NCBI GenBank assembly: GCA_003140935.1
Contig: PLLJ01000045.1
Coordinates: 2,767-66,766, forward strand
Reading direction: 5' to 3'
Source: Candidatus Omnitrophota bacterium
GTDB taxonomy: Bacteria; Omnitrophota; Omnitrophia; Omnitrophales; Aquincolibacteriaceae
DNA length: 64,000 bases
Below are positions 34,071 to 42,385 of this stretch, one piece after another. Each line of letters opens with the position of its first letter. Position 1 is the stretch's first letter. A program made the position numbers and the translations under genes. Under the pieces are notes generated by a model. That model did no database searches. It was not told the DNA's origin and saw only the letters and a list, made by a program, of their open reading frames with translations.

Positions 34071-35583
34071 TTTTATTTAACAAGGTTTCTGGTAATTTCA
34101 ATTTAATGCCATTAAATTTTATATTATTCATAACATCTTTGTACTCGGGGAGTTTTCGAGCTAATTGCTCAGGATTAGCCCATCGGACTTTAACTTCAGC
34201 GTAATTATCTTCAAAACGGAAACCATCAAAAATGGCAAATTCCGCCGTTTCTTCGAAAGAACCGTTTCTTTTCCAATCATGTATGCTATCTAAAAAAATT
34301 AATAATACGGCGAAAGGGAAACGAGAAATATTAATCGGGAAGACTTCATGCTTTCTGAGTTCTTTCCAGATTCTGCTGTCATGTAGCGCAATAGAAGTAA
34401 CCGCTGGTATAACATGGGTAACAATTAACGGCCTATTGGGACGGCTGGTCACGACTTTTGATTCGCGTAAAACTCTCACAAGAAATTGAAAACATCCTGT
34501 TACTCCATGCGATCTATGTTTTATCAAATGTTCTCGTAGTATGTCCTTGATACTAGAATCCTCATCTTCTGACATTTCGGGCGTCCAATTATTAAGGATA
34601 CGTTCGGAACAACAATGTCGAATGAAGGATTGTAATTGTATCGCAGCCTGCAAATAATCACTTTTATCAGCGATCTTTTCCAAACCAATTAGTTCTATAT
34701 CCTCATTGTACCCGTACATTTCGCCAATTAAGTTGCCTGCTTTTTGCGAAGGGTAACCAATATCATGGAATATAGAAGTAATTAACCAGATGTATTCGAT
34801 GGAAAAATCTTTTTCCCGAGGAAAAACATTTTTATAATATTTTTGAAATTCCGCATAGTATTTATCGATTATTACGCATCCCATTAACATAACTTGAAAA
34901 GAATGCAAATAATGCTCACGCGTGCCCTTCAATAAGGGCTCATAATATTTCAGCCTCAAGTAAGGTTCCGAAGAATAATGAAATCTTTTATTATCAAAGA
35001 TTTTCTTTATCGTCAAATCAACTAATTCGTATTCCTCCTCTGAGATATTTTTTGTTTTTCTTAATCGTGAATATTTCGATACAAAATCCTTTAGGATTTG
35101 GCGGTATGAAATATTGTCCAAATCGCCAACGTACGATAAAAGCTTATTTGGAACATGTCCATGCTCAGAAGCCGCCTTCTTTTTTATTAGTTGTTTATAT
35201 TTTTTTCCACTAATTGCTTTGGCTTTAATATCAAGAAGTACGGAAAGCGAAGAATTGCTTAACTGAATTAGCCCAAATCCATTATTGAAACATTCAGAAA
35301 ATATCTGATCATATTCATATTCCGGCGGAATATAATAATAAAATTCAAAATTTTTAATTTGTTTTTTTGCTTTGATGATTTCTTTAGCGCCATTCGCTGG
35401 AAAAGCATTGCTTGTATTTATATCAATTGAAATTAATTTGGACTTATAGCGGTAAAGAAGATCTGGGCTCCACGCAATACCTCTTAAAATCCGATCTCCA
35501 GCCTTTTGGGAAAGTCTTCGCCAGTTGTATTTTTTCACTAAAATTTTATTGAGTTTATCTAGAAAAATTTCTTTTTTTGACAT
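34063..35583 (-). CDS. HD-domain phosphohydrolase with uncharacterised N-terminal domain of about 230 aa, AT-rich island
   Basis: Metal-ligand series H (EHYLHSF), HD (SIFHDIGYP), H (HRSHGVTG) and D (ALHDS / LDSIHDW). 506 aa. Confidence 0.7.
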   Translation of the reverse strand: MSKKEIFLDKLNKILVKKYNWRRLSQKAGDRILRGIAWSPDLLYRYKSKLISIDINTSNAFPANGAKEIIKAKKQIKNFEFYYYIPPEYEYDQIFSECFNNGFGLIQLSNSSLSVLLDIKAKAISGKKYKQLIKKKAASEHGHVPNKLLSYVGDLDNISYRQILKDFVSKYSRLRKTKNISEEEYELVDLTIKKIFDNKRFHYSSEPYLRLKYYEPLLKGTREHYLHSFQVMLMGCVIIDKYYAEFQKYYKNVFPREKDFSIEYIWLITSIFHDIGYPSQKAGNLIGEMYGYNEDIELIGLEKIADKSDYLQAAIQLQSFIRHCCSERILNNWTPEMSEDEDSSIKDILREHLIKHRSHGVTGCFQFLVRVLRESKVVTSRPNRPLIVTHVIPAVTSIALHDSRIWKELRKHEVFPINISRFPFAVLLIFLDSIHDWKRNGSFEETAEFAIFDGFRFEDNYAEVKVRWANPEQLARKLPEYKDVMNNIKFNGIKLKLPETLLNKNV

Positions 35584-35593
35584 ATATTTGGAA

Positions 35594-36592
35594 TTATTTG
35601 TTATTTATCATTTGGTCAATGGTGTCTCGAAGTTTTTTTAAAGAAACCAAGATTCCTTCCTTTCTTTTTTTATCAGTTTCCTTCTTTAAATCAAACTCAG
35701 ATAGCTGTGAATTTAATTTATTAATATTTTTAATTAATGAACGGCTTGTTGTTTTGCTGGTCAAGGTGGGTATTTGTACTTTTTTAGTTAAGTCGTTTTT
35801 CAAGTCTTCGATTGTATACTCGATGTTTTCAATAAATCTTTTTGCTGAAGCAGCAAAAATTTCGATTTTGTCCAACTTCTTGCAAGTCATGATGGCATCG
35901 GGTATCCAAAAGAATGCGCGAGTTGTCCCAAGAAGACCTTTTTCTGCTTTCGCTATAAGCTTCCCTCTAATTTCTTCCCTCGAGTGATCCTTAAAAGTTT
36001 GGGGTATGTTTTTTTCTAACTGTTCAACAAAATTTTGTTCTATCTGCACAAGGTAACTGTCATCCAGCTTATTCTCCATAACTTTTTCTTGCGTTTCTTT
36101 ATTAAACCTCAAAAGCCGCAATCTATCTTCGACCTTTTTTCCGTCCATTTTGGTTATCTTTGCTATTTCGCCAATTAGGTCTTGATCGGTTATCGATTTG
36201 TTTTTTCTTTTTATCAAATCAACATAGAATTTTAGCGCTTGGGCTTGCGCCATCGGCTCCCATTGTTCTCTCAGCATGTGAATTTGAAACATTCGTTTTA
36301 AGCCTTCCCCTTGGGCTTTGGCTTTTTTAATGGCCAACACATGGATGGGCACGCCTTCTCGTTTAACTTTTTGAGCAGCTTTAAGCCGTCTTTCGCCATC
36401 GAGCAAAATATATTTTTTGCCTTTTTTGCTATCGTTTTTAAAAACGATCAAAGGCACCATGACTCCAAATTGCCGAATGGATTCCTCTAGTGCTATGAAA
36501 TCCTTATCCTCATAATCCTGGCCTCTGGGATTATCTGGATTGAAAGCTATATCATTAGGAGAAACATACCTGATCTGCTCGTTTTTATTCAT
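35594..36592 (-). CDS. ParB/Srx N-terminal-domain protein, first gene of the AT-rich island
   Basis: VSPNDIAFNPDNPR ... VPLIVF ... YILLDGERRLKAAQ (the ParB box II GERR arginine motif), followed by a helical, K/E-rich C-terminal half. ATG 36592 is preceded by GGAGG at a 6-nt spacing. Confidence 0.75.
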   Translation of the reverse strand: MNKNEQIRYVSPNDIAFNPDNPRGQDYEDKDFIALEESIRQFGVMVPLIVFKNDSKKGKKYILLDGERRLKAAQKVKREGVPIHVLAIKKAKAQGEGLKRMFQIHMLREQWEPMAQAQALKFYVDLIKRKNKSITDQDLIGEIAKITKMDGKKVEDRLRLLRFNKETQEKVMENKLDDSYLVQIEQNFVEQLEKNIPQTFKDHSREEIRGKLIAKAEKGLLGTTRAFFWIPDAIMTCKKLDKIEIFAASAKRFIENIEYTIEDLKNDLTKKVQIPTLTSKTTSRSLIKNINKLNSQLSEFDLKKETDKKRKEGILVSLKKLRDTIDQMINNK

Positions 36593-36761
36593 TCTATACC
36601 TCCATTTATTCCATAAATCATTTAAGATTTTTTATCTTTGTAGACGGAATCGATCCTACTTTCTTTCGTAAGTCAACGGAACACCGTCTGGGGAAAGACG
36701 TTAACTCCCCAATCTTATAGACGCACTCTTCGTTACAGGCAAGGGGAAAAAAGAAACCGCC

Positions 36762-37211
36762 TCAAAGATATAAGGCGCAGACGAAGGCGAGGGCGCCGGC
36801 GACGAGGTTGGCCAGGGTGCCGATGAGCCAGCGCTGGAGGTTATAGGCGGCGATCCGGTTCCTCGCGCTCCAATAGTACATCGGGTCGAGGCCTTCGATA
36901 TGCTCCGGCGTTTTGACGATCAACGCCCACGCCACCCATTTGGAAACGAGCTTGAACGCGAGCCACCCGACGATGATCCTGGCGGAATGCGTGGTGAACG
37001 CGATATAGAACAGGACCACTTCGAGAAGCCCGAGGACTTTGCCGAAGACCGGGCTTACCTGGCCGATGAGGAACGCCTTGGCCAGCTTCTCGTCCACGCA
37101 GTGGTAGTCTTCGCGCTTTCTCAGGAGCCTGAAGAGCCCGCGGATCGCGAACGACAGGAGCACGGCGACGGACAAACCCACCACAAAATGTTTCAGCGCC
37201 AGAAGCTGCAT
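36762..37211 (-). CDS. membrane protein, unknown function
   Basis: 149 aa, 4 hydrophobic helices. GC-rich like the backbone. The overlapping alternative-frame ORF 36841-37362 is rejected. Confidence 0.55.
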   Translation of the reverse strand: MQLLALKHFVVGLSVAVLLSFAIRGLFRLLRKREDYHCVDEKLAKAFLIGQVSPVFGKVLGLLEVVLFYIAFTTHSARIIVGWLAFKLVSKWVAWALIVKTPEHIEGLDPMYYWSARNRIAAYNLQRWLIGTLANLVAGALAFVCALYL

Positions 37212-37251
37212 GTGAATCCCCCCTTTTCTTTAAAAAGTTTTTCCGTTTTGG

Positions 37252-37429
37252 ACTAGTACTGTTCTCCATTTGATTTTCCGCCACAATTCTTCGGACGGAT
37301 CCGTCCTTTGGCGGATAGGGGTTAACAGCACTTGTTCTCAAAAAAAACTTAAAGGTTAACAAGTGCTGTCCAAGTCGCCCTTAATAAAATAAAAACGAAG
37401 ACTTGGGCCGTACTGTGTACCGCATACCC
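37252..37429. repeat. composite intergenic element (module B, 11-bp-stem hairpin, module A)
   Basis: ccgccacaattcttcggacggatccgtcctttggcgg. Then cagcacttgtt-(21)-aacaagtgctg. Then gtccaagtc-(23)-gacttgggc. Both termini match those of 52667-52845 in inverted orientation. Confidence 0.85.
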
Positions 37430-37452
37430 TTAATTTCAAATGTGATGCGGTG

Positions 37453-37926
37453 CTAGAGACCTTGCTGCACGGGCGAGCTTGAGCCTCCGCTGCCCAGCAT
37501 AAAAGTATACTCCGTCGGTGACTCTGCGGAGACATGGACCGGCGTCTCTTTCGAAGCATAGCCCGTAGCACTCAGCGTAAGCAGGACCTGGAAACCGGAC
37601 TGCGGGAAAGGGCTTTTTCCGTCGAACGGGACCTGGCTCATTTCGCCGTCCTTGGTCATTCCGCTGAGCGTGAACCCCATGAAATCTTTCACGGGAAAGA
37701 ACGCGATCCCTTCCCGGTTAACCGCCGCCGTTCTCGTCACGTTAGAGGCCGCTAGCGTATCTCTCATTTCGATCTGTCCCGCGGAAGGCACGACGTTCCC
37801 CGACTCTTCACGCACGATGACCTTGAGCGAGGGCGCTGCCTCCTCAGCCTTCAAAGGCAGGGTCACGCCCCAAAAAACCAGGATCGCCAGTATCCATCCC
37901 GTTCTTAAGGTCCTCAGGTTTCTCAT
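37453..37926 (-). CDS. secreted protein, unknown function
   Basis: I start it at MRNLRTLRTGWILAILVFWGVTLPLKA (ATG 37926). Beta-rich composition. Confidence 0.5.
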   Translation of the reverse strand: MRNLRTLRTGWILAILVFWGVTLPLKAEEAAPSLKVIVREESGNVVPSAGQIEMRDTLAASNVTRTAAVNREGIAFFPVKDFMGFTLSGMTKDGEMSQVPFDGKSPFPQSGFQVLLTLSATGYASKETPVHVSAESPTEYTFMLGSGGSSSPVQQGL

Positions 37927-37991
37927 CCTTTTTTTCTTTTCGTTTAAAAAAAACAGGGGACGGTCCATCGCGTGACGTCCGCCTCTAAGAC

Positions 37992-38024
37992 AAAAAAAGC
38001 GGTTCCCCTTTAAAAGGAAACCGC
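37992..38024 (-). terminator. rho-independent terminator candidate
   Basis: The minus strand reads gcggtttcc-ttttaaa-ggggaaccgc followed by TTTTTTT. It lies about 170 nt 3' of the nuclease gene. Confidence 0.5.
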
Positions 38025-38207
38025 CGCGAAAATGCAAAATACCAGACGTTGTAGCCTTTAAAGGTGCTGGATATCGGGTATTATATACCTCGATTCTTCA
38101 TGAACCCTAGCAAGTAATTCTGATCGAGAGTTGCCCGCCGTTGGCAGGTCCTGGCCGGAAAAAAACAGACGGCATTCAAGTGCGGCTTCATTTCCTTTCG
38201 CGCGCAG

Positions 38208-39560
38208 TCACCTTTGCATACGAACAGCGTGCCCTTTTTCCAGGAGTTCCTGGTTCACGTAAGTCCCGCCGGCCCAAATGTCGACCAGGTACCTGTCGTA
38301 TTTGTCGGACTTGACGGTCTTGATGAGGATTTGCGCGCTGATTTTTCCATCCGCCATTTTCAACATCTTCTCCATGGCTTCTTTCGCTTCTTTTCCTTCC
38401 TTGCTCACGAGCTCGGGGGCGTCGAGACCGCGCAGGCGCAGGGTCTGCACGCTGCGCACGCCGAAGCCCAGATCGACCACCGCTTCGATCGTGTCGCCGT
38501 CGAGAATGCGGAACACCCAGGCGCGGTAAGTAAAAAGGTCGGCGGAGGTCCGTTTCGAGAGTTTGATCAGATCCGAGGGCGCGGAACCCGCTCCCGGGAA
38601 CGCGGGCATCACTTCGATGATCGCCCCTTCCTTGAAACGGAGGTCCCGGGACGTCCGGTAATAATTGGAGAACCCGAGGTCGATCACCGCCTTGCCGGTC
38701 TCGGGGCCCGCGGCGGCTTTGACGATCTTATAAGTCCCGGGCTTCCCCGGCTTGGCCGTGAGCGGGGTTTCTTTCACCGGCGCCGGCGCCTCATTTTTCG
38801 CGGCCTTGCGCTTTTTCACTTCTTCACGTACCTGGTCGCGGGTCCAGTTTTCTTTTTCAGCCATGGCCGCGACCTCGTCTTGCTCCTTGATATCATTCAG
38901 CGAAAGAAGCTCCTCATAATGGCTCCAGCTCAATTTTCCCGCGGGCGGGGAAATCGGGTAATCGCGGGCGAACTGAAGCATGGCGTACAGCTGGGTCTCG
39001 CTGATGGGCAAGTCTCCGGACAATCTTAAGATCACCTGCTTGCCGTAATCCGCGCGCTCCTTGTGCTGGAGCACGTGCTCGTCGATCAGTTTGCCGATCT
39101 CCCACGCCTCGCGGACTTTTTCCTGTTGGGCGGCCTGCTCCACACGGGCCTCGCTGGCCGCGTGGGCCTTGCGAATGGCGGCGACGAGCTGCTCGTAAGT
39201 TCCAACCTGGGTCGCGAGCACTGTAGACGATGGTCCCAAATCGTCACCGGGCCGTGCCTGTTCACGGCGCTCTTCAGCCGTCCCTGTGGGACTGGGAACA
39301 GGCGAGGTCTGGACCTGCGGCGCGGGCACTGTAGACGATTGTCCCAGATCGTCACTGTGCCGTGCCTGTTCACTGGGAACAGGTGCGGGGACCGGCGGGT
39401 TCATCGAAGGGACCTGCCCTGAGCTTGCCGAAGGGGCCTGCGAAGACGAGGACTTCAAGTCCCCGCGAGCGTGCTGAGGAACCGGGTCCTCAGCCTGCAA
39501 GGACGGGGATATCCAGAGGAGCGTGAGGAAAATACCGAGGGTGATCGTCGTCGTCTTCAT
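38208..39560 (-). CDS. secreted fusion protein: DUF1016-N-like helical domain + staphylococcal-nuclease (SNase)-like domain
   Basis: Signal peptide MKTTTITLGIFLTLLWISPSLQA. P/S-rich duplicated linker. Central EAWEIGKLIDEHVLQHKERADYGKQVILRLSGDL...LSWSHY resembles the YhcG/DUF1016 N-terminal region. The C-terminus ILDGDTIEAV...LRGLDAPE...DKYDRYLVD is thermonuclease-like. Confidence 0.65.
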   Translation of the reverse strand: MKTTTITLGIFLTLLWISPSLQAEDPVPQHARGDLKSSSSQAPSASSGQVPSMNPPVPAPVPSEQARHSDDLGQSSTVPAPQVQTSPVPSPTGTAEERREQARPGDDLGPSSTVLATQVGTYEQLVAAIRKAHAASEARVEQAAQQEKVREAWEIGKLIDEHVLQHKERADYGKQVILRLSGDLPISETQLYAMLQFARDYPISPPAGKLSWSHYEELLSLNDIKEQDEVAAMAEKENWTRDQVREEVKKRKAAKNEAPAPVKETPLTAKPGKPGTYKIVKAAAGPETGKAVIDLGFSNYYRTSRDLRFKEGAIIEVMPAFPGAGSAPSDLIKLSKRTSADLFTYRAWVFRILDGDTIEAVVDLGFGVRSVQTLRLRGLDAPELVSKEGKEAKEAMEKMLKMADGKISAQILIKTVKSDKYDRYLVDIWAGGTYVNQELLEKGHAVRMQR

Positions 39561-39685
39561 TCCAAAGGTCCTTTCTTCTATGTAAGGCGTACGGTGTACG
39601 GAGTACGGCGTCCCGCCTGTCGTTCCTGTTCAAAAAAGGCGGGGCAGTGCGTCCCAACCTTCCCATCCATTTTAAAGGCCGGTTG

Positions 39686-39814
39686 AGACTGTCCTAATAC
39701 TTATCAATTTCCGCGCAACGGAAATTGGGGCTGCCCAAGTCAGCCATTCTGGAAATGAAACAAAAGACTTGGACTGCACTAAACTTCATTTAAGCTTTAT
39801 GGGTTGTTCAGTGC
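39686..39814. repeat. composite intergenic hairpin element (modules C-A-D), second copy
   Basis: Aligns over about 130 bp with 14588-14722 with only scattered substitutions. Confidence 0.85.
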
Positions 39815-39820
39815 GTCCGT

Positions 39821-40159
39821 TTAAGGAGTTTCCTGCGTCTCTTCCGGGTTCGTTTCTTCTTTTACCGGGGTCCCGAGGGGTTGGGCGGCCTCCAGATCGT
39901 CGATCCGGGATTCCAATTCCGCGTCCTGCCGGACCATGTACTTCATTTTGGAATCGTTCGTGTCGAGCCTGTTTTCCAATTGGCTTATTTTTGCCGCGAG
40001 GGCTTCCATTTTCGAGCCGCTCGCCTTGGCCTTGTTTTCCAATGCGTTCACCCTGGCCTCCAAAATGTCCGTACGGAAAGTATCCTCGACCGCGAGGACC
40101 CGGGTACCCGGAAGAAGCCCAAAGATCAGACAGAACGCGATTAGCAGTTTCTTCTTCAT
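39821..40159 (-). CDS. secreted coiled-coil protein (Lpp-like heptads)
   Basis: Signal peptide MKKKLLIAFCLIFGLLPGTRVLA. Heptad-rich ARVNALENKAKASGSKMEALAAKISQLENRL. Paralog of 40335-40739. Confidence 0.55.
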   Translation of the reverse strand: MKKKLLIAFCLIFGLLPGTRVLAVEDTFRTDILEARVNALENKAKASGSKMEALAAKISQLENRLDTNDSKMKYMVRQDAELESRIDDLEAAQPLGTPVKEETNPEETQETP

Positions 40160-40334
40160 TTCAGATCTCCTCTTTTTTTAGGGGATGCCTGCGGACAAAC
40201 GGGAAAGCCGGGGATAGAAGGAAGAACGTGAGGAGCCTGCCGGAAGGAGCTGTCTTTTTCATGACAAGAAGCCCAAGGTTCACGGAACGATAGACGGAGA
40301 ACGATCCGTGAGGCGTTCCCCGTTCGCACGGTTT

Positions 40335-40739
40335 CTAAATACTTTTCTGCGTTTCTTGCGGGTCCGTTCTTTTTTTAGATTTGTCCCCGGAGTTTTTCGT
40401 CTCGTTTTGGGCGGTCTCCAGATCGCTGACCCGGGATTCTAATTGGATCTCGTTCATCCGGGCCGCCAGGTTTCCCATTTTGGAGGTATTCGCGCCGACC
40501 CTGCCTTCCAATTGGTTCATTCTTGAATTTGAGATGTTCGCGCCGATCCTGCCTTCCAATTGGCTCATTCTTGACTCTAAGGTTCGCATCTTCGCGTCGC
40601 TCGCTTTAGCCTTCTCTTCCAATTCCTGCACTCTGTTGTTTACAGAGTACGTGCGGTTCGCATCATCGAACGCAAAGACCCGGGCACTTGGAAGAAGTAA
40701 AAAGACCAGACCGGACACGAGAAGTATTTTCTTGTTCAT
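40335..40739 (-). CDS. secreted coiled-coil protein, paralog with internal 48-bp duplication
   Basis: MNKKILLVSGLVFLLLPSARVFA. The SRM[SN]QLEGR[IV]GAN repeat is encoded by direct repeats starting at 40489 and 40537. Confidence 0.55.
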   Translation of the reverse strand: MNKKILLVSGLVFLLLPSARVFAFDDANRTYSVNNRVQELEEKAKASDAKMRTLESRMSQLEGRIGANISNSRMNQLEGRVGANTSKMGNLAARMNEIQLESRVSDLETAQNETKNSGDKSKKRTDPQETQKSI

Positions 40740-40830
40740 TTCAGCTCTCCTTTTTTATTTCATGAATGCGAACGGACGAGAAAGCCGGAGCTTCGTTTTA
40801 ATCTCTTAAGTTAAACCCGTTCTGCCGCCG

Positions 40831-41433
40831 CTAGTTCCCGGGAGGCGGCGAAACGGCCTGATAATAAACACCGTTCGCTCCGAAGTAGGGCCGGTACCAC
40901 GAAGTCCCGCATTGATAGGCCATGACATTATTCACATTGACGGCCGAACATACGCCCGGAAGCACCGAGACTTGAGTGCCTACCGGCGCCGCCGCGGGGA
41001 CGACCTGCTGGACCACGGTCGTTGCGGGTTGTTCCACCACGACCGTTGCCGGCTGCTGCTGCGCGGTCGCGGCCCCCACCATCGTCCCCATCATCATGCC
41101 GGCAAGGGCATCGTCGGCGGCTCCATATCCCCATCCGGGGCCCCACCCGCCGTTCCACCCGTCGACGGTGTAATTGTTGGTGGTGTTGCCGTTGTTATCA
41201 TTGTTGTTATTCCTTCGATGATTGTCTCCATGGTTCCACTGCCCGCCGTGGTATTCGCCGCTTCCGTGTTCCCCCGGCCTCTCACCGCGGCCTCCGCCGC
41301 CAAGATTTCCGCCGCGTCCGCCGCCGCTCCAACCCCCAACCCCGCGTCCGCCGCCCCGCGCATACGTATCGCCGGAGCCGAGCGAAAAGATCATCGCGAT
41401 CAACACCATCATTATAAGTTTATTGTTTTTCAT
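40831..41433 (-). CDS. secreted Gly/Asn-rich low-complexity protein with Cys-containing C-terminal domain
   Basis: I start it at MKNNKLIMMVLIAMIFSLGSG (ATG 41433), which overlaps the upstream gene by 14 nt. The sequence has GGGRGVGGWSGGGRGGNLGGGGRG, NNNNDNNGNTTNNY and a C-terminal C...C. Confidence 0.5.
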   Translation of the reverse strand: MKNNKLIMMVLIAMIFSLGSGDTYARGGGRGVGGWSGGGRGGNLGGGGRGERPGEHGSGEYHGGQWNHGDNHRRNNNNDNNGNTTNNYTVDGWNGGWGPGWGYGAADDALAGMMMGTMVGAATAQQQPATVVVEQPATTVVQQVVPAAAPVGTQVSVLPGVCSAVNVNNVMAYQCGTSWYRPYFGANGVYYQAVSPPPGN

Positions 41434-42328
41434 GACCGGGCTCCTCGCGTTGTTGGTCCGCAGTGCCGGAAGGAATTCCCCCGCCCTGCTGCATCGGATT
41501 GCGGAATTCGACCTTCGCCGCTTGGGTCGCGTTCTGGAACACGAAGGTCTCCGGAGGAACAGGTTCATCGATCTTCCAACCGCCGAATTCCACCAGGTAG
41601 CTCGGTTCTCCCGTGTTCTCGAGATAGGTCGCGCATACCAGCCGCGGCAGGTGGTCCTCGGTCCCAATCCAGATCTGCCACTCCACTCCCTGATTCGAAA
41701 ATGCCAGATGGTCGGTCTTGACGTTTCCCGCGCCCGACAAAGGCTGGAAAGTCGACTGGCCGACAAAAACGGCGCTGACCAGTCCTTCGGTCAGAATAGC
41801 GTACGGCTGGTCCCTGAGGATATCGGCATACGGAAAGGACTTCCCTTCTTCCTGGTAGGCTTTTTCGATCATGCTGTCCACCGTGCCGGGCGCCGCCTTC
41901 TCGGCATAAAGATTCTTCTCCGGCGCGTACGCCGTGATCGTCTTGCCGTCGAAATAAAAATCGTACGGGAAAAAATCGCCCCGGGTTTCCACAAAGAGTT
42001 TCCCGGAGCCTTCCTTCACGACCCGCGAGGTCCCGTAAAGGCTGACCCACGCCCCGCTCGGCGACTTGATCGGCTTCATACTTCGGGCTTCAAAACGGAA
42101 CGACTTTGCCTGAGAAAGTTTATCGCTCATGAGCTTAAGCGTATCGAGAGCGCGCGGGTCACGGGACGCCGCGACCGGTTGTGAGGACGCGGGTGCCGCG
42201 ACCGGTTGTGAGGACGCGGGTTGCGGAGCCGTTTTTGCGGGAGCCGCTTCTTCCGCCCATCCGGTACCGGCCGCTGCCACGAACACCGCCAGGCTGAACA
42301 CTCCTACCCAACATTTCTTTGAGAACAT
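41420..42328 (-). CDS. periplasmic LolA-fold-like protein (DUF2092-like)
   Basis: Signal peptide, duplicated PASSQPVAA linker, and beta-rich body. The family assignment is from memory only. Confidence 0.5.
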   Translation of the reverse strand: MFSKKCWVGVFSLAVFVAAAGTGWAEEAAPAKTAPQPASSQPVAAPASSQPVAASRDPRALDTLKLMSDKLSQAKSFRFEARSMKPIKSPSGAWVSLYGTSRVVKEGSGKLFVETRGDFFPYDFYFDGKTITAYAPEKNLYAEKAAPGTVDSMIEKAYQEEGKSFPYADILRDQPYAILTEGLVSAVFVGQSTFQPLSGAGNVKTDHLAFSNQGVEWQIWIGTEDHLPRLVCATYLENTGEPSYLVEFGGWKIDEPVPPETFVFQNATQAAKVEFRNPMQQGGGIPSGTADQQREEPGHEKQ

Positions 42329-42385
42329 AAAACCCTCCTTGATTGTTTTGAACCGCCCACCGCCCTTTTGACCCCGCGGAACAGG

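Noticed and set aside
32290-36760. Target-site duplications, a tRNA or an integrase at the borders of the AT-rich island.
   Set aside because: I could not find matching direct repeats longer than about 6 nt at the two borders, nor any mobility gene. The mechanism of acquisition stays unknown.
36841-37362. Track ORF of 173 aa overlapping the 36762-37211 membrane protein in another frame.
   Set aside because: It is an R/P/G-rich shadow frame that extends into the repeat composite at 37252.
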